The notes: a model not told the origin generated them from the sequence alone. A stretch of 52,230 bases of DNA from Promethearchaeota archaeon (GCA_048938385.1 JBHLMG010000016.1:1-52230), one strand, 5' to 3'. Shown: positions 39,722-50,570, numbered from the stretch's first letter. Numbers and translations: made by a program.

Positions 39722-39825
39722 TTTCGATTTTTCTTTGCAGATCCTCACTCAGAATTTTTAGGATAACCGCTAGGTCTAATGAAGAACTGTTGAGTGAAGA
39801 TAACCATCTTGACTTAACTACATCC

Positions 39826-39930
39826 AAGAAGGCGTTCTTGCGGGCGATACCAAATAAACTTTCTAAAGGGTTTGCGAGGAATAATTAGTAAAATCAACCT
39901 CCTTGTTTTGGTGTCATCTCACCAGAAAAA
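39826..39930 (+). repeat. Intergenic structured repeat, copy 1
   Basis: Starts AAGAAGGCGTTCTTGCGGGCGATA (24 nt identical to copies 4 and 5), ends GTCATCTCACCAGAAAAA. Confidence 0.85.
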
Positions 39931-40060
39931 CAGTTGTTTAACTGCATTCGCTGTCCATTCACATGACAGGATATACATAAAAGCGGATAACGCTCAACGG
40001 CATGGAAAAGATACAGGGAACAACCCACATCATTATACTAACAAGTTAGCCGGTGGAAAT

Positions 40061-40600
40061 GTGACTCTAGACACGGGGTTATTCATTGCAATAGCTGAAA
40101 TCGCGGGTGTCTTTGTCGGCTTCGGCGCTCTTATCAGCCTCATTCGCCCGGATGAAGTCGAGGCGACCCAACTCGCGCGGATCCGAGGCCTTGTCACAGT
40201 CGGGCTCACCATAATTATCGCAGCCCTCATACCAATCGCTATTAACCTCTACGGCGTCAGTGATCACCCCCTCTGGCTTATTTCGAGTCTCATCTTCTAT
40301 TCTCTCAACTGGTTCGTGATGATCTTGTCTTTTCGAGATCCCGTGAATAGAGAACTCATGAAGACCCAAACAAAGACCAGCCCCATTATATCAGTGCTTT
40401 TTTGGGCCTTGCTCGAGGTCCCACTTCATTTCCTATTGATTCTAACCATCCTGGGCTTGTTTCCACATCTAGACCTCGCCTTCTACACAACAGCCCTCTT
40501 GTTCTTCCTATTTGAAGCCGCATTTGCACTTGTGCAAGTCGTCCATTCACAAACAGAACCACAGAGTAAGCCTGCATCAAAACCTGATCTAAAGTTATGA
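40061..40600 (+). CDS. Hypothetical multi-pass membrane protein
   Basis: AEIAGVFVGFGALI N-terminal motif, about 5 TM helices; start moved to GTG 40061 because the upstream ORF extension overlaps repeat copy 1. Confidence 0.7.
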   Translation: MTLDTGLFIAIAEIAGVFVGFGALISLIRPDEVEATQLARIRGLVTVGLTIIIAALIPIAINLYGVSDHPLWLISSLIFYSLNWFVMILSFRDPVNRELMKTQTKTSPIISVLFWALLEVPLHFLLILTILGLFPHLDLAFYTTALLFFLFEAAFALVQVVHSQTEPQSKPASKPDLKL

Positions 40601-40873
40601 CTCTCAGTTGGCAACGATACTAGTATCATCTACTGGAGGAGCGCTCATTGGTGTGGAAACGAATGGTCGATACCACGCCCTAAAAACCACTCGTTAAGTC
40701 GTCTCCAATAGCGATTAGTCATGAAAAAGTGGACAAGCAAGCGTTTTTGCTTATATGCTTCCTTAATTTCGCCTTCAACGGCTCTTGCAGTTGTTATGTA
40801 AAAACCATAATTTTTTAGAATAGAAAGTCATTGAAGAGACCTTCAAAGACATTTAGTGTAGGAAAGGACCAGT

Positions 40874-43456
40874 ATGGAAATTCCCTTAAAACCGAAAACC
40901 AAGCGTGCGCCTCGAATCGTGAAAATTATTGCGGGCATCGATATTATCGTTATGGTGTTATTTGTTTTTCTTGGCATATATCGTTTCTTTGAAACGAATG
41001 CCGTTGTTGAAACTATTAATACGATTCAGATAACCAATCCTACATTATATGCGCTATTTGTGGATTATTTGGCCAGTATTAGACTAACCATCCCAATGTT
41101 TGTAAATGGTCTTTATGCCTTATCGGTCATAATTATTGCCGTTTCGTTTGTGGGTATGATACTGGCATATGGAACTGCAACCAAGAAACGCTGGGCTATT
41201 CCTGTGGGGGTGGGAGTATCCATACTTGCGATTATTGGAGGAATAATCAGCTATACATTTCACTATCTAACACCATTTGAAGCCGTTGGTCCAGCTCTCG
41301 TTTTACTTGATGCCTTAAGCTGGTTCTTTGCAATCCTAATGTTTAATGTCTTGTTCGTGGGTGCTTTCCTTATCTGGCAACTCGATGAACAACCCTACCA
41401 AACAATTCAGGTTGCTCGCTATATCCTCACTTGGAACTTGAACGCCATATGCCTATTAGTCACAGCTTTGCTCTATCGTGGAATTATAATAGAAGGTCTC
41501 TTTACGAGTGGAATACTCACTGCATTGGGAACTAGTTTCATAATCGTCGCTCTAATCGCTCTGATTAATATTCTCATCCGCCCCATTTTTACTAAAATCG
41601 CAGCTCTGATAGCACGATGGTGGATGGGCTTTGCAGTATCCTTTGTTATAATGTTCATTATCAATGGTTTCATAATATGGGTTCTAGCTCTTTTTATGCC
41701 TGGTTTCTTTGTTATCAATATCTTTGCAGCCCTTCTTGCAGGCCTCATTCTCTCGGCTCTTAACGCGATTGTAGTCAATGTCGTAGGGTTAGACGATGAT
41801 AGTACTTTCTTCAATCAATACATAGCAAAACAAATCAAGAAAGAAGTTGAAGCAGAAGACATCCCACAAACCCCAGGTATTATTGCCTTAGAAATAGATG
41901 GACTTAGTTACCCTGTAATACAGGAAGCACTCAAACGCGAATACATGCCCACTCTCCAACACTTAATCGACCGAGGTAGCCATCAATTAACGGGTTATAA
42001 TTGCGGTATTCCCTCTATGACATCGTCCTGTCAAGCGGGTATTATGTATGGAAATAACCATGACATCCCTGCATTCCGTTGGTTTGTTAAAGATGAGGAT
42101 CGTATGTTGACATCAAATAGACATTCAGACGCGCGTTTCATTGATAAACGCGCATCCGATGGTCAGGGAATTCTTCGCAATGGTGGGTCGAGTGTGAGCA
42201 ACCTTACCAGCGGAGATGCTACCTACTCCTTCTTCACTATGTCAACACTAACTGACATGGACGCAGAAGCAGGTCGACGTCGTAGCAAAGACCTCTACTA
42301 CTATCTCCTAAATCCCTGGGCTATGAACCGAAGCATCATCTATACTATCTGGGATCTATTCGTTGAAATTGGTCAAATAATCAAACAAACCATTACTCGC
42401 CGGAAACCTCGAATGAATCGCTTCCACAAATTCTACCCTGGAACACGTGCTGCTACAAATATTTTCATGCGAGACATTGCCACATCTATGGTTATCCAAA
42501 ATATCGCTCGTGGTGTACCGGGAGTCTATACCACATATTTAGGATACGATGAAATTGCCCATCATTCAGGTCCAATGAGCACTGATGCTCTCAAGGCGCT
42601 AAGAGGACTGGATAAACAAATCCGCCGAGTACTCCATGCTATCCAACATATTGCCCCACGACCTTACAATCTTTTTGTGCTCTCTGATCATGGTCAATCT
42701 GTGGGTTGGACCTTTAAACAACGCTATAATAAATCCATTAAGGACTTGATCGCAGACTTCCTGGAAGGAAAACTCTCTGTTGGCGAAATCGAGTCTATTG
42801 ACGCTCATGTAGGTTATGTTGGTGGGCTCATCGATGACTTAAATGCAGGTCAAACTGAAATAGAAGGAAAAACAGAGAAAAGGGCGCTGAGTAGTTTCTA
42901 TCGTTACAAAGATGAGAAAGGGCGAGTGGATACACAAGAAGTTTCAACAGACGATGTCATTGTGTGTGCATCAGGAAATCTAGCACAAATCTACTTCAAA
43001 ACCCAGAAAGGGCGATTAACATTACAGGACTTTGAACAGCAATTTCCAGGATTCATAACTAAATTAGTTGCTCATGAAGGTGTAGGTTTTGCCATTGTTA
43101 CGGATGCAACACGAGGCCCCATCATCTTTGGCAAAGAAGGCGCTGTTGAACTGCGTACTGGAAAAATTGACGGAAAAAACCCCCTTGCCACTTATGGAAC
43201 CCCGGAGGTCCTTATCAAACAGCTGCTGAGGCTTGCTGAATTTCCCAATAACGGAGACATTACGCTGATCAGTCCAGTCTATTCTGATAACTCAGTAGCA
43301 GCCTATGAGGAATTAATCGGCAACCATGGCGGTGTGGGTGGGGATCAAACCCATGCAATCCTCATCCATCCAGTGAACATCAAGGTTGATGGTAACAGCA
43401 TCACGAACTCCGAACAGATCTACCCCATTCTGAATAAAGCCCGTTCCAAGAAATAG
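40874..43456 (+). CDS. Membrane protein fusing a 4-TM phage-holin-family (YvlD/DUF360-like) domain to an alkaline-phosphatase-superfamily phosphodiesterase
   Basis: ALINILIRP...INGF..W holin_4-like segment; EIDGL, PSMTSSCQAGI, YDEIAHH, SDHGQ, NHGG metal and nucleophile motifs. Confidence 0.82.
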   Translation: MEIPLKPKTKRAPRIVKIIAGIDIIVMVLFVFLGIYRFFETNAVVETINTIQITNPTLYALFVDYLASIRLTIPMFVNGLYALSVIIIAVSFVGMILAYGTATKKRWAIPVGVGVSILAIIGGIISYTFHYLTPFEAVGPALVLLDALSWFFAILMFNVLFVGAFLIWQLDEQPYQTIQVARYILTWNLNAICLLVTALLYRGIIIEGLFTSGILTALGTSFIIVALIALINILIRPIFTKIAALIARWWMGFAVSFVIMFIINGFIIWVLALFMPGFFVINIFAALLAGLILSALNAIVVNVVGLDDDSTFFNQYIAKQIKKEVEAEDIPQTPGIIALEIDGLSYPVIQEALKREYMPTLQHLIDRGSHQLTGYNCGIPSMTSSCQAGIMYGNNHDIPAFRWFVKDEDRMLTSNRHSDARFIDKRASDGQGILRNGGSSVSNLTSGDATYSFFTMSTLTDMDAEAGRRRSKDLYYYLLNPWAMNRSIIYTIWDLFVEIGQIIKQTITRRKPRMNRFHKFYPGTRAATNIFMRDIATSMVIQNIARGVPGVYTTYLGYDEIAHHSGPMSTDALKALRGLDKQIRRVLHAIQHIAPRPYNLFVLSDHGQSVGWTFKQRYNKSIKDLIADFLEGKLSVGEIESIDAHVGYVGGLIDDLNAGQTEIEGKTEKRALSSFYRYKDEKGRVDTQEVSTDDVIVCASGNLAQIYFKTQKGRLTLQDFEQQFPGFITKLVAHEGVGFAIVTDATRGPIIFGKEGAVELRTGKIDGKNPLATYGTPEVLIKQLLRLAEFPNNGDITLISPVYSDNSVAAYEELIGNHGGVGGDQTHAILIHPVNIKVDGNSITNSEQIYPILNKARSKK

Positions 43457-43595
43457 TATAATCTACTAAAGTTGGGAAATGGACATAACAGACAAGAAAC
43501 ACTAATTCTTAGTTATGCGAAATGTCGAAGACTTCACAAACCTAATAAAACTCTTGTAAGGTTTTTTGTGGTGTTATTTTTCTACTTATAAAACC

Positions 43596-43642
43596 AAAAA
43601 AGGGTAAAAAAGAAAAAAGAAATGGTGGTGCATACGCACCAC
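43596..43642 (-). terminator. Hairpin plus T-tract terminator candidate for the DUF308 gene
   Basis: GTGGTGC-ATAC-GCACCAC perfect stem at 43625-43642 with a long A-rich run on the + strand (T-rich on -) immediately to its left. Confidence 0.5.
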
Positions 43643-43693
43643 TTTCTTCGTTTATACTATTCGGATCGATCGCTTGGCCAGTTATTTATCTGT

Positions 43694-44242
43694 TTATTGA
43701 TGACCAGCGATTCCTTTGATGAGGGCATTAAATCCAAACATCATGAAGCCAAGGGCCACATAGATGAGAATAATAAGGTACCCCAGTCCAGGGAAAGCGA
43801 CGACTGCAAAGGATAAGATAATCCCAATTATACCAATGATGATAAGCCATCCACGATACCAACCTGGAAGCTCCGTTATCATCGCTCCAAAAGCAATGGA
43901 ATTGAAGCCATTCATGAGAAGGCCAATGACTAATAACCAGATCAACAGGAGTTCACCAAAAGCAGGGAGGGCAATTACAGGGATGGTTAACACCAGCATT
44001 AGAATTCCAAAGACTATTGCAAGGATCCTAAGCCACGAAGGTAGTTCTTTAGATACAAGTCCTCCGATTAGATTACTAAGGCCCAAGATCAGAAGAATAA
44101 CTCCGAGAAAGGCAATTAAGATGAGGAAGGTTAGGGTCTGCACCCAATCGAACCAAATCACGGCAAAAGCGACGCTGATGGCGATGAGGCCAACGATGAT
44201 GTTGAGAAAACGTAACCAAGTAGGGAGTGTTGTTTCGCTCAT
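43694..44242 (-). CDS. HdeD/DUF308-family membrane protein
   Basis: Three repeats of LP-x-W-x-R followed by paired TM helices. Confidence 0.78.
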   Translation of the reverse strand: MSETTLPTWLRFLNIIVGLIAISVAFAVIWFDWVQTLTFLILIAFLGVILLILGLSNLIGGLVSKELPSWLRILAIVFGILMLVLTIPVIALPAFGELLLIWLLVIGLLMNGFNSIAFGAMITELPGWYRGWLIIIGIIGIILSFAVVAFPGLGYLIILIYVALGFMMFGFNALIKGIAGHQ

Positions 44243-44451
44243 AGGAATGCACTGAGCGAGTCAACGCCAAAACTTCTTTAAACATTTATGGCTTTTACCA
44301 AATCTGTTTTGTACAATATGAATTGGCTATGTGCTGATTAAAAGAAGTTCAACTAAGAAACAATTGTTTGGCTTGTTTTTTGATGGATTAAGTATTGTAA
44401 ATACTTAAAGCTTATAACAAATATGAGCAGAGAGGTCAAAACCAATTCTCT

Positions 44452-44820
44452 TTGGTGAAATGGAAAATGGTAGTCGGACTTATTGGCACGGCCTTAGTCT
44501 TGATCGTGAATTGGATCGTTGTATCTTTTGTCATTATGCTTGCCGGTAAACTCGTCGCTGGTATGGAAGCAACATTCGTAAAATCACTCTTGGTCAGTTT
44601 AGTCGCATCAATCATTGGGACGATAGCCTATTATGTTATAGAAATGTTCTTCCCGATGCTTGGATGGCTTTCAGGAATCATCGTCTTTCTCCTTTATCTA
44701 GCAGTTATCAAATATTACTTCCAGACTGGATGGATCGGCGCCTTACTGGTGGCCATCATAGCAATTATCATATGGGTAGTTCTCGCTTATGTGATGGCGG
44801 CCTTCTTCCCCGGCCTTTAG
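44452..44820 (+). CDS. Small 4-TM hypothetical membrane protein
   Basis: Hydrophobic; IKYYFQTGWIGALLVAIIA motif common in small archaeal membrane proteins. Confidence 0.7.
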   Translation: MVKWKMVVGLIGTALVLIVNWIVVSFVIMLAGKLVAGMEATFVKSLLVSLVASIIGTIAYYVIEMFFPMLGWLSGIIVFLLYLAVIKYYFQTGWIGALLVAIIAIIIWVVLAYVMAAFFPGL

Positions 44821-44838
44821 GCACCAACACAAAAAAAT

Positions 44839-44872
44839 CGGAGCCTTTTTTAGCTCCGTCTTCTCCTTTTTC
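44839..44872 (+). terminator. Hairpin plus pyrimidine tract downstream of the 44452-44820 gene
   Basis: CGGAGC...GCTCCG stem (44839-44858) preceded by A7 and followed by a T-rich tract. Confidence 0.45.
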
Positions 44873-45224
44873 ATTGGATAGCACTGAGAAGCCAAGAGAA
44901 TTGAAAAGTAACCGTTGAATAGATATTCATCCACATGGTGTTTTGTAGGTGTCATCAAATCTGGTGAGACCAGTATTCAGAATTACCGTGGAATGGTTGT
45001 TCATTTGAGCATTGAGTAGTGAATGGAAAATTCCTCAAGGAACATTCTGAAGTTAAACAAGAACAGAAGAAGAAAATGAAGTGAAAATGCCAAAGCCAAA
45101 AGATGTTGATTCTTACACCTCCTTTTTTAAGGCTGAGTATTTGTAAACCCAGTCTTTATAGAATCATTCTGTCGTTTCTTGAGAAATAGTATTTGAGCTT
45201 CGCATCTTCTGAGGAGTAAGTACT

Positions 45225-46292
45225 ATGAAAATGAGTGAACGTCCTCATGGAGTGAAAATCCTTGTTGTGATTTGGTCACTGAATGCAATTTTTAATCTAG
45301 GGATTGCTTTCTTTCGCGTTTTAACTGGAATTGGAATGATGGAAGGAATTTACCCATCTGACCCAAGCCTTCCGAATTTCATTGAGACCATTATTAACAC
45401 ACTTAGGGTTCTAGGCATCTCAGAAAACGCTATAGTCATCGTAGATAGCGTAAAGGGCCTCTTAGTAGGGATCGAGGGCAGCTTCTACATAATTTCCGGG
45501 GTCATATATTTAGCCCTAGCAACTATCTATGCTTACATCAGTATCAATATTTGGTATATGAACCGCCCAGCCATCTGGAAAGCTATTCTCATTAACATTT
45601 TAGAAATCATCTTTTTCATCAGTGTCTTTCAAACCATACCCAACCTCATCATTCAATTCCTGTGCATACTATCAATTGGGGTAATTATCGTTATGAGCGG
45701 TTATCTCATCTTGAGACGAAATCTCTTCATTAATCGAAGAAAAGTCCAGGAAGAAGAACTCTTGGAAGGTGAAACAGTTCCTAATCAACGACCTATGATT
45801 TTTGGCATAATCGGGGGGGTAATTCTAATCCTTGTCCAGCGTAGTGGACGAATACCCATTGTAACCTGGCTGCCACTCCTTCTTGGTCTGGTTTTTGTTC
45901 CAGAAATGACTCCTGAATTAATCACCTTGCTGATATTCCTAGACATTCTCGCATGGTGTGGTGGCTTCATCGTCATTGCGGGTGTGGTGCTCCTCTGGAG
46001 GGAGAATTACAAGGGAGCAAAATTCCTAATGGGAATAGGTTCAGGATTTGGAATTGTTGGTCTCTTAACATGGTTTATCATTGATTATGTCTTCAGCGGG
46101 ATTTACCCTATCCAGTACACAACCATCCAATATGTTGAATTTCTTGGACTTTTACTCGTTCTTTTAGCTCGTGTAACTATTCGCGCTCCCAAGCAGTGGA
46201 AGAGAATCCTCGAACATCGGGCAAAGGAAGAAGCCGCCAAAGAGCGGTGGAAGTCCCGTTGGAGAAGGTTTACAAGTTGGCTTAGGAAGTAG
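45225..46292 (+). CDS. Hypothetical multi-pass membrane protein
   Basis: ERPHGVKIL N-terminus, about 8 TM helices in two blocks, basic C-terminal tail. Confidence 0.7.
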   Translation: MKMSERPHGVKILVVIWSLNAIFNLGIAFFRVLTGIGMMEGIYPSDPSLPNFIETIINTLRVLGISENAIVIVDSVKGLLVGIEGSFYIISGVIYLALATIYAYISINIWYMNRPAIWKAILINILEIIFFISVFQTIPNLIIQFLCILSIGVIIVMSGYLILRRNLFINRRKVQEEELLEGETVPNQRPMIFGIIGGVILILVQRSGRIPIVTWLPLLLGLVFVPEMTPELITLLIFLDILAWCGGFIVIAGVVLLWRENYKGAKFLMGIGSGFGIVGLLTWFIIDYVFSGIYPIQYTTIQYVEFLGLLLVLLARVTIRAPKQWKRILEHRAKEEAAKERWKSRWRRFTSWLRK

Positions 46293-46353
46293 CTATCTGC
46301 AGAATATTAGCCTGCAAAATTTGCTCTCGGCTAGTGCACGCCTGCAAAGACGA

Positions 46354-46450
46354 AAGAAGGCTTTTCTGAGGGCGATTACCGGATAATCTTTTCAGAGGTT
46401 TTTCCGAGCGATGACTGGAAAAGTCAATCTCCGTCTTATGCTATCATCTG
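46354..46450 (+). repeat. Intergenic structured repeat, copy 2 (diverged)
   Basis: AAGAAGGCTTTTCTGAGGGCGATTACC...TTTCAGAGGTTTTTCCGAGCGATGACTGGAAAAGTCAATCTCC...TCATC aligns collinearly with the other copies. Confidence 0.8.
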
Positions 46451-46470
46451 TAGCGAGTAGCTGCTTTTCT

Positions 46471-47796
46471 CTAGCTTTGGTGGGTGCGCGGTATGAACAG
46501 GGCCACGATTACTGCAAGTGTAATGCCAGCGACGAAGACATATCCTGCTGTGATGGCAATAGCTGCTATGATGGCCGCACCAACCGCTGCGCCTAGCTCT
46601 TGTATGCTCATGTACATACCTGAGGCTTCACCGACATTGGTCGTGTCAACGGAGGACAAGGCAATATTCTGCACATAGGGTAGGATTAAGCCTGCACCAA
46701 CACCAATCAGCAGAAGAATGCCTATGATTGCAAAAATTGGCAGCCCTGGAACAATGAACAAAGCACTCAGACCCACGATGATGAACACGGTTCCGATGAT
46801 AATGAGATATTTTGGTTGGAAGCGTTCGCCAAGATTACCGGCAACGAAGGCGACAAAGAAGACTGGCAGGGTATAGGCCAGCGTTATCAGGGCAGTGTCG
46901 AAGGCAGGAAATCCCAGTCCTTGGAGAATCTGTGGGAACAAGTATATTGTCCCTCCTGCAGCGAAGGTGTACACAAAAACATAGATGACCATAATTGTGA
47001 ATACCCGATTGCGAAAGATTTGTACCCGAAAAATCGGATTACGGTCGGCTTTGTCGAGGCGAGTGGACCACCACCAAAATACGCCGAAGAAGAGGGCGCC
47101 TACAACGATGAGGATACTGTATAGCAGATTCACTGAGAGGAGGGCAAGCCCTAGTATGAGGGGAGCAAAGGCGAGTATGATGAAGAGTGTGCCAATCCAA
47201 TCAATGGTTCCTGGATACTTTTTGGTTTCTGTGAATGTGCGTAATAGAAGCATTATGATGACGGCGAGGAGAATCTGATAAGCAAACATCAGCCGCCAAT
47301 CAATGAATGAAGCGAAAGTACCCATCAGGAGTGGGGCCAAGGCGGATGTGAGTCCAATGAAGCCAGCATAAATCCCGAAGGCAATGTTTCGTTGTTTTCC
47401 TTCATACTTCGCGATGAGTAGGGATCCGGTGGCCGGAAAAGCCAAGATAAACCCCAGGGGCATGATTAGGGCAAAGCCTACTAAAAACATGAGACTGTTC
47501 AAGCTCAGCCCAGCTACAATGTTGCCAACGATGAAAATGATTAGCCCTATGAGGAGGGCTCGCCTGAGTCCGTTCATGTAGCCGATTTTCCCACCAGTTA
47601 TTATCAAGCTGGCATTCACAAGTCCCGCGATTGCGAGCGCCACGGATACAAGAAGCGGATCACCGAAGACCGCCGTAATTGCAGTTGTGGCTAATGTTAA
47701 CATGGAGACATTACCAATGAGAAGAAACGCACCGAGGGCGGCAGTAATTGCTGGCATCCAACTACTTTGATTGGAATTTTGTTCATTCATTTCCAA
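46471..47796 (-). CDS. MFS transporter, DHA2/drug-resistance-like
   Basis: GGKIG...G.RR, APLLMG, DWR..F, IDWIG, GEASG; about 14 TM segments. Confidence 0.85.
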   Translation of the reverse strand: MEMNEQNSNQSSWMPAITAALGAFLLIGNVSMLTLATTAITAVFGDPLLVSVALAIAGLVNASLIITGGKIGYMNGLRRALLIGLIIFIVGNIVAGLSLNSLMFLVGFALIMPLGFILAFPATGSLLIAKYEGKQRNIAFGIYAGFIGLTSALAPLLMGTFASFIDWRLMFAYQILLAVIIMLLLRTFTETKKYPGTIDWIGTLFIILAFAPLILGLALLSVNLLYSILIVVGALFFGVFWWWSTRLDKADRNPIFRVQIFRNRVFTIMVIYVFVYTFAAGGTIYLFPQILQGLGFPAFDTALITLAYTLPVFFVAFVAGNLGERFQPKYLIIIGTVFIIVGLSALFIVPGLPIFAIIGILLLIGVGAGLILPYVQNIALSSVDTTNVGEASGMYMSIQELGAAVGAAIIAAIAITAGYVFVAGITLAVIVALFIPRTHQS

Positions 47797-47947
47797 AAAC
47801 CTTTCAAGTCATATCGAGCAGTGGCACACCAGGGAATGTTGAATAAAAAAAATGTAAGGATTTACTAAACGGACTATAGGATGTTCGTGCGTTGGCGCCC
47901 TCAACCCGCAACCATTTCTGAACAACCAAGAATTCCCGCAAAGACCA

Positions 47948-48050
47948 AAGAGGGTGTTTCTGGGGGCGATGACCACATAAGGTTTTCAGGGATTTTTTTG
48001 AGTGATGATTGGAAAAGTAGACTTCTTTTATTGTCATCGCACCTGTAAAG
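47948..48050 (+). repeat. Intergenic structured repeat, copy 3 (diverged)
   Basis: AAGAGGGTGTTTCTGGGGGCGATGACC...GAGTGATGATTGGAAAAGTAG...GTCATCGCACCTGTAAAG. Confidence 0.82.
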
Positions 48051-48235
48051 CACTTGTTTCGTTGCATATATCCAAGATTCGTTTCATCAATGTTCCCCCG
48101 TTATGACTACATTACCCTTTCTACGCCTTTTCTCAAATTAGCGATGAACTTCGACAACTTGTTCAAATGAGTAAGCCTTTGTTATTTCACTACTCTACTC
48201 CAATTCGCTCTGCTTGACATAGTCATCGGATCTTC

Positions 48236-49699
48236 TTAGTTTCCACCCCTAAAATCAGGGAACTGGTTTCCAGTGAATAATCGTGGAGCTACTTCCGAAT
48301 ATCCTGCCGCGATTCGGTGTGCTTTGAGATCATCATAGGACTGGGCCACGATTTGAAGACCGGTTGGCATACCCTCTGAGGACCGCCCTGTGGGGGCATT
48401 GATGACTGGATACCAGTTGACAATATTAAACAGGGGCGTTAAGATCCAGCCAGCAAGCGAATTAACCTCGACGCCATTAATGACCGTCGTGTCCTGGGTG
48501 TAATCGAGATCCGCTGGGATGTGACTGGTTGCTAGCGTGGGCATGACCATGGCATCATATCCTTTGAGGAAGATTTGGTTTTGGAGATGGTTGTTGGCGG
48601 CTTTGATGTTGTTTTCGTATTGGAGCGCTTCTTTCGCACCGTACCCGCCTGCTGCCGCTTTCTCTACAACATCCCGACCATAAGTCGTCATTTGAGCCTT
48701 TTGAGAAGCGAGCCTCCCGAGCGTAGCCCCTTGTGGCCCATACAGTGCCGCTTCAATCAGGGCAAATCTTAGATCATCTGCAGTAACACCAAGGTCGAGG
48801 TCCACCTCATCAACAACGGCACCAGCCTGCCGTAACAGATCGACAGCTTTGGCAGTATTTTTCGCAGTGTCAGTATCAATCTGCGCCCAACTTTGATCCG
48901 GGCTAAAGGCGATACGCACCCCTTTGAGGTCGGAATATTCTAACGGGAGTTCCAACTTCGGGCGAATGGTTGAAGGACTATAAGGGTGCGGACCAGAAAT
49001 GGTGTTCTGCATATGGATGATATCAGGCAGCGTCCGAGCCATCGGACCATTGGAAGCGATGACTAACAAGGTGTCCGTAGTAGGCACACGCCCATAAGGG
49101 GGCTTGTATCCGTAAAGCCCATTGAACGCACAGGGAATGCGAATCGACCCACCCATGTCAGAACCCGTTGCAAGGGTGCAAAATCCCGCCGCTAATGCCG
49201 CTCCAGACCCACCAGATGATCCGCCAACAGCGTATTTGAGGTTCCAAGGGTTCCGAGTAACACCCCATAGATCTGTCCAAGTGACCCCAGAAAAGCAAAA
49301 CTCAGGTACTGTGGTTTGGATGTGTAGGATCGCCCCAGCTTCTAGTAATTTATCCGTAACCGGATCGGTTGCTTCAAGTTTGGCATCTTTATACAGCTTC
49401 GAGCCTTGGGTGATTATCCAACCTGCCATTCCGTGTTCGTCTTTCATTCCAACTGTAATTCCTTCGAGGGGTCGCGGATTCCCTTGCTTATACCGCTTTT
49501 CAGATTCTTTTGCAGCTTTTCGGGCGGAATCAAAGTGGGTGTAGGTGATAGCGTTAACTTTCTCATTCTCTGCTTCGATGCGAGATATTTGGGCTTCCAG
49601 AACATCAACAGGCGAAATCTCCTGAACCTTGAAAAGCTCGAGAAGCCGGTAAGCAGGGGCGTAAACAAGTTCCAAATCAGAATTACCCATAGATATCAC
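48236..49699 (-). CDS. Amidase-signature family hydrolase
   Basis: PLEGITVGMKD (Lys), TRNPWN, GGSSGGSGAALAAG, GSDMGGSIRIP (Ser-cisSer-Lys triad). Confidence 0.92.
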   Translation of the reverse strand: MISMGNSDLELVYAPAYRLLELFKVQEISPVDVLEAQISRIEAENEKVNAITYTHFDSARKAAKESEKRYKQGNPRPLEGITVGMKDEHGMAGWIITQGSKLYKDAKLEATDPVTDKLLEAGAILHIQTTVPEFCFSGVTWTDLWGVTRNPWNLKYAVGGSSGGSGAALAAGFCTLATGSDMGGSIRIPCAFNGLYGYKPPYGRVPTTDTLLVIASNGPMARTLPDIIHMQNTISGPHPYSPSTIRPKLELPLEYSDLKGVRIAFSPDQSWAQIDTDTAKNTAKAVDLLRQAGAVVDEVDLDLGVTADDLRFALIEAALYGPQGATLGRLASQKAQMTTYGRDVVEKAAAGGYGAKEALQYENNIKAANNHLQNQIFLKGYDAMVMPTLATSHIPADLDYTQDTTVINGVEVNSLAGWILTPLFNIVNWYPVINAPTGRSSEGMPTGLQIVAQSYDDLKAHRIAAGYSEVAPRLFTGNQFPDFRGGN

Positions 49700-49818
49700 C
49701 AGTAGGAATTTCTTAGGAAAATGTCAGCAATTAAATATCTACTGGTATTTCGAATGACTTGAATTAGGATAAACCTATAGATTGATATCTCCTCAAAAAA
49801 CTTGATGCCGAGGAGTCA

Positions 49819-50382
49819 ATGGCGTTGAGTAAACCCTGCGAAATCACATTAGAACTTAAAGAGATAAATCACCTTTTCGCAGCTCCTGTGCTAGATCCAT
49901 TCTCAGAGTATTATAAACCGTACACAGCTACTGCAGGTATCGAATTCATCTATCATGAACTTCGAGGTCATGTAAATCGGAAAGAAGTTGTTACAACGAT
50001 CATTCTTCCTGAAGACCAAGTGAGAACCCGGTTAGAAGAGGATACTAAGGAAGCTGTACAAAGGTATACTAAGAGCAAACTCCGTGAGGTGTCTCAAGAT
50101 ATACGTGCATCTTGGTATAAGGGAATTCGGCTATTGATATTGGCCCTCATTGCATTTTTCCTATCACAGATCGGGTTCCTGACTATCAAAGAAGTAATTT
50201 ATCCTCTAACAGCAAATCCTTTCATTCGAATTCTTAGTGAAGGGGTTCTGGTTTTTGGATGGGTTATGCTCTGGGTGCCACTAGACCTGCTGGTATTTGA
50301 AATGTGGGGACACAGACTCGAACGAACAATATTTCGAAATATGGCCAACATGGTAATTGTGATAAGAAGCGTAACACCTTAA
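49819..50382 (+). other.  Confidence 0.
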
Positions 50383-50459
50383 CAATCCGCATTCCTGTGG
50401 AATGCAAATTGGGATTTGATGATTTGAAGCGACTGCGTTTTATGGAGTTGACCATGTTT

Positions 50460-50570
50460 AAGAAGGCGTTCTTGCGGGCGATAATGTATTTAATTTTTTC
50501 CGGAGTTTTCTTGACAGATAATGGGAAAAAAGTCAGCTGCAGCCTTACCCTGTCATCGCTCGAGAAAAGT
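50460..50570 (+). repeat. Intergenic structured repeat, copy 4 (similarity to copy 5 extends over about 50409-50621)
   Basis: GACCATGTTTAAGAAGGCGTTCTTGCGGGCGATAA...ATTTAATTTTT..CGGAGTTTTCT...GATAATGGGAAAA...GTCATCGC. Confidence 0.88.

Noticed and set aside
40874-43456. Prophage inferred from the holin-family domain
   Set aside because: No capsid, terminase, integrase or other viral genes; this domain is common in cellular membrane proteins
49819-50382. Assigning a function to the 187-aa ORF (two C-terminal TM helices, GWVMLWVPLD motif)
   Set aside because: It is probably a real membrane-protein gene, but I recognise no family that gives it a function
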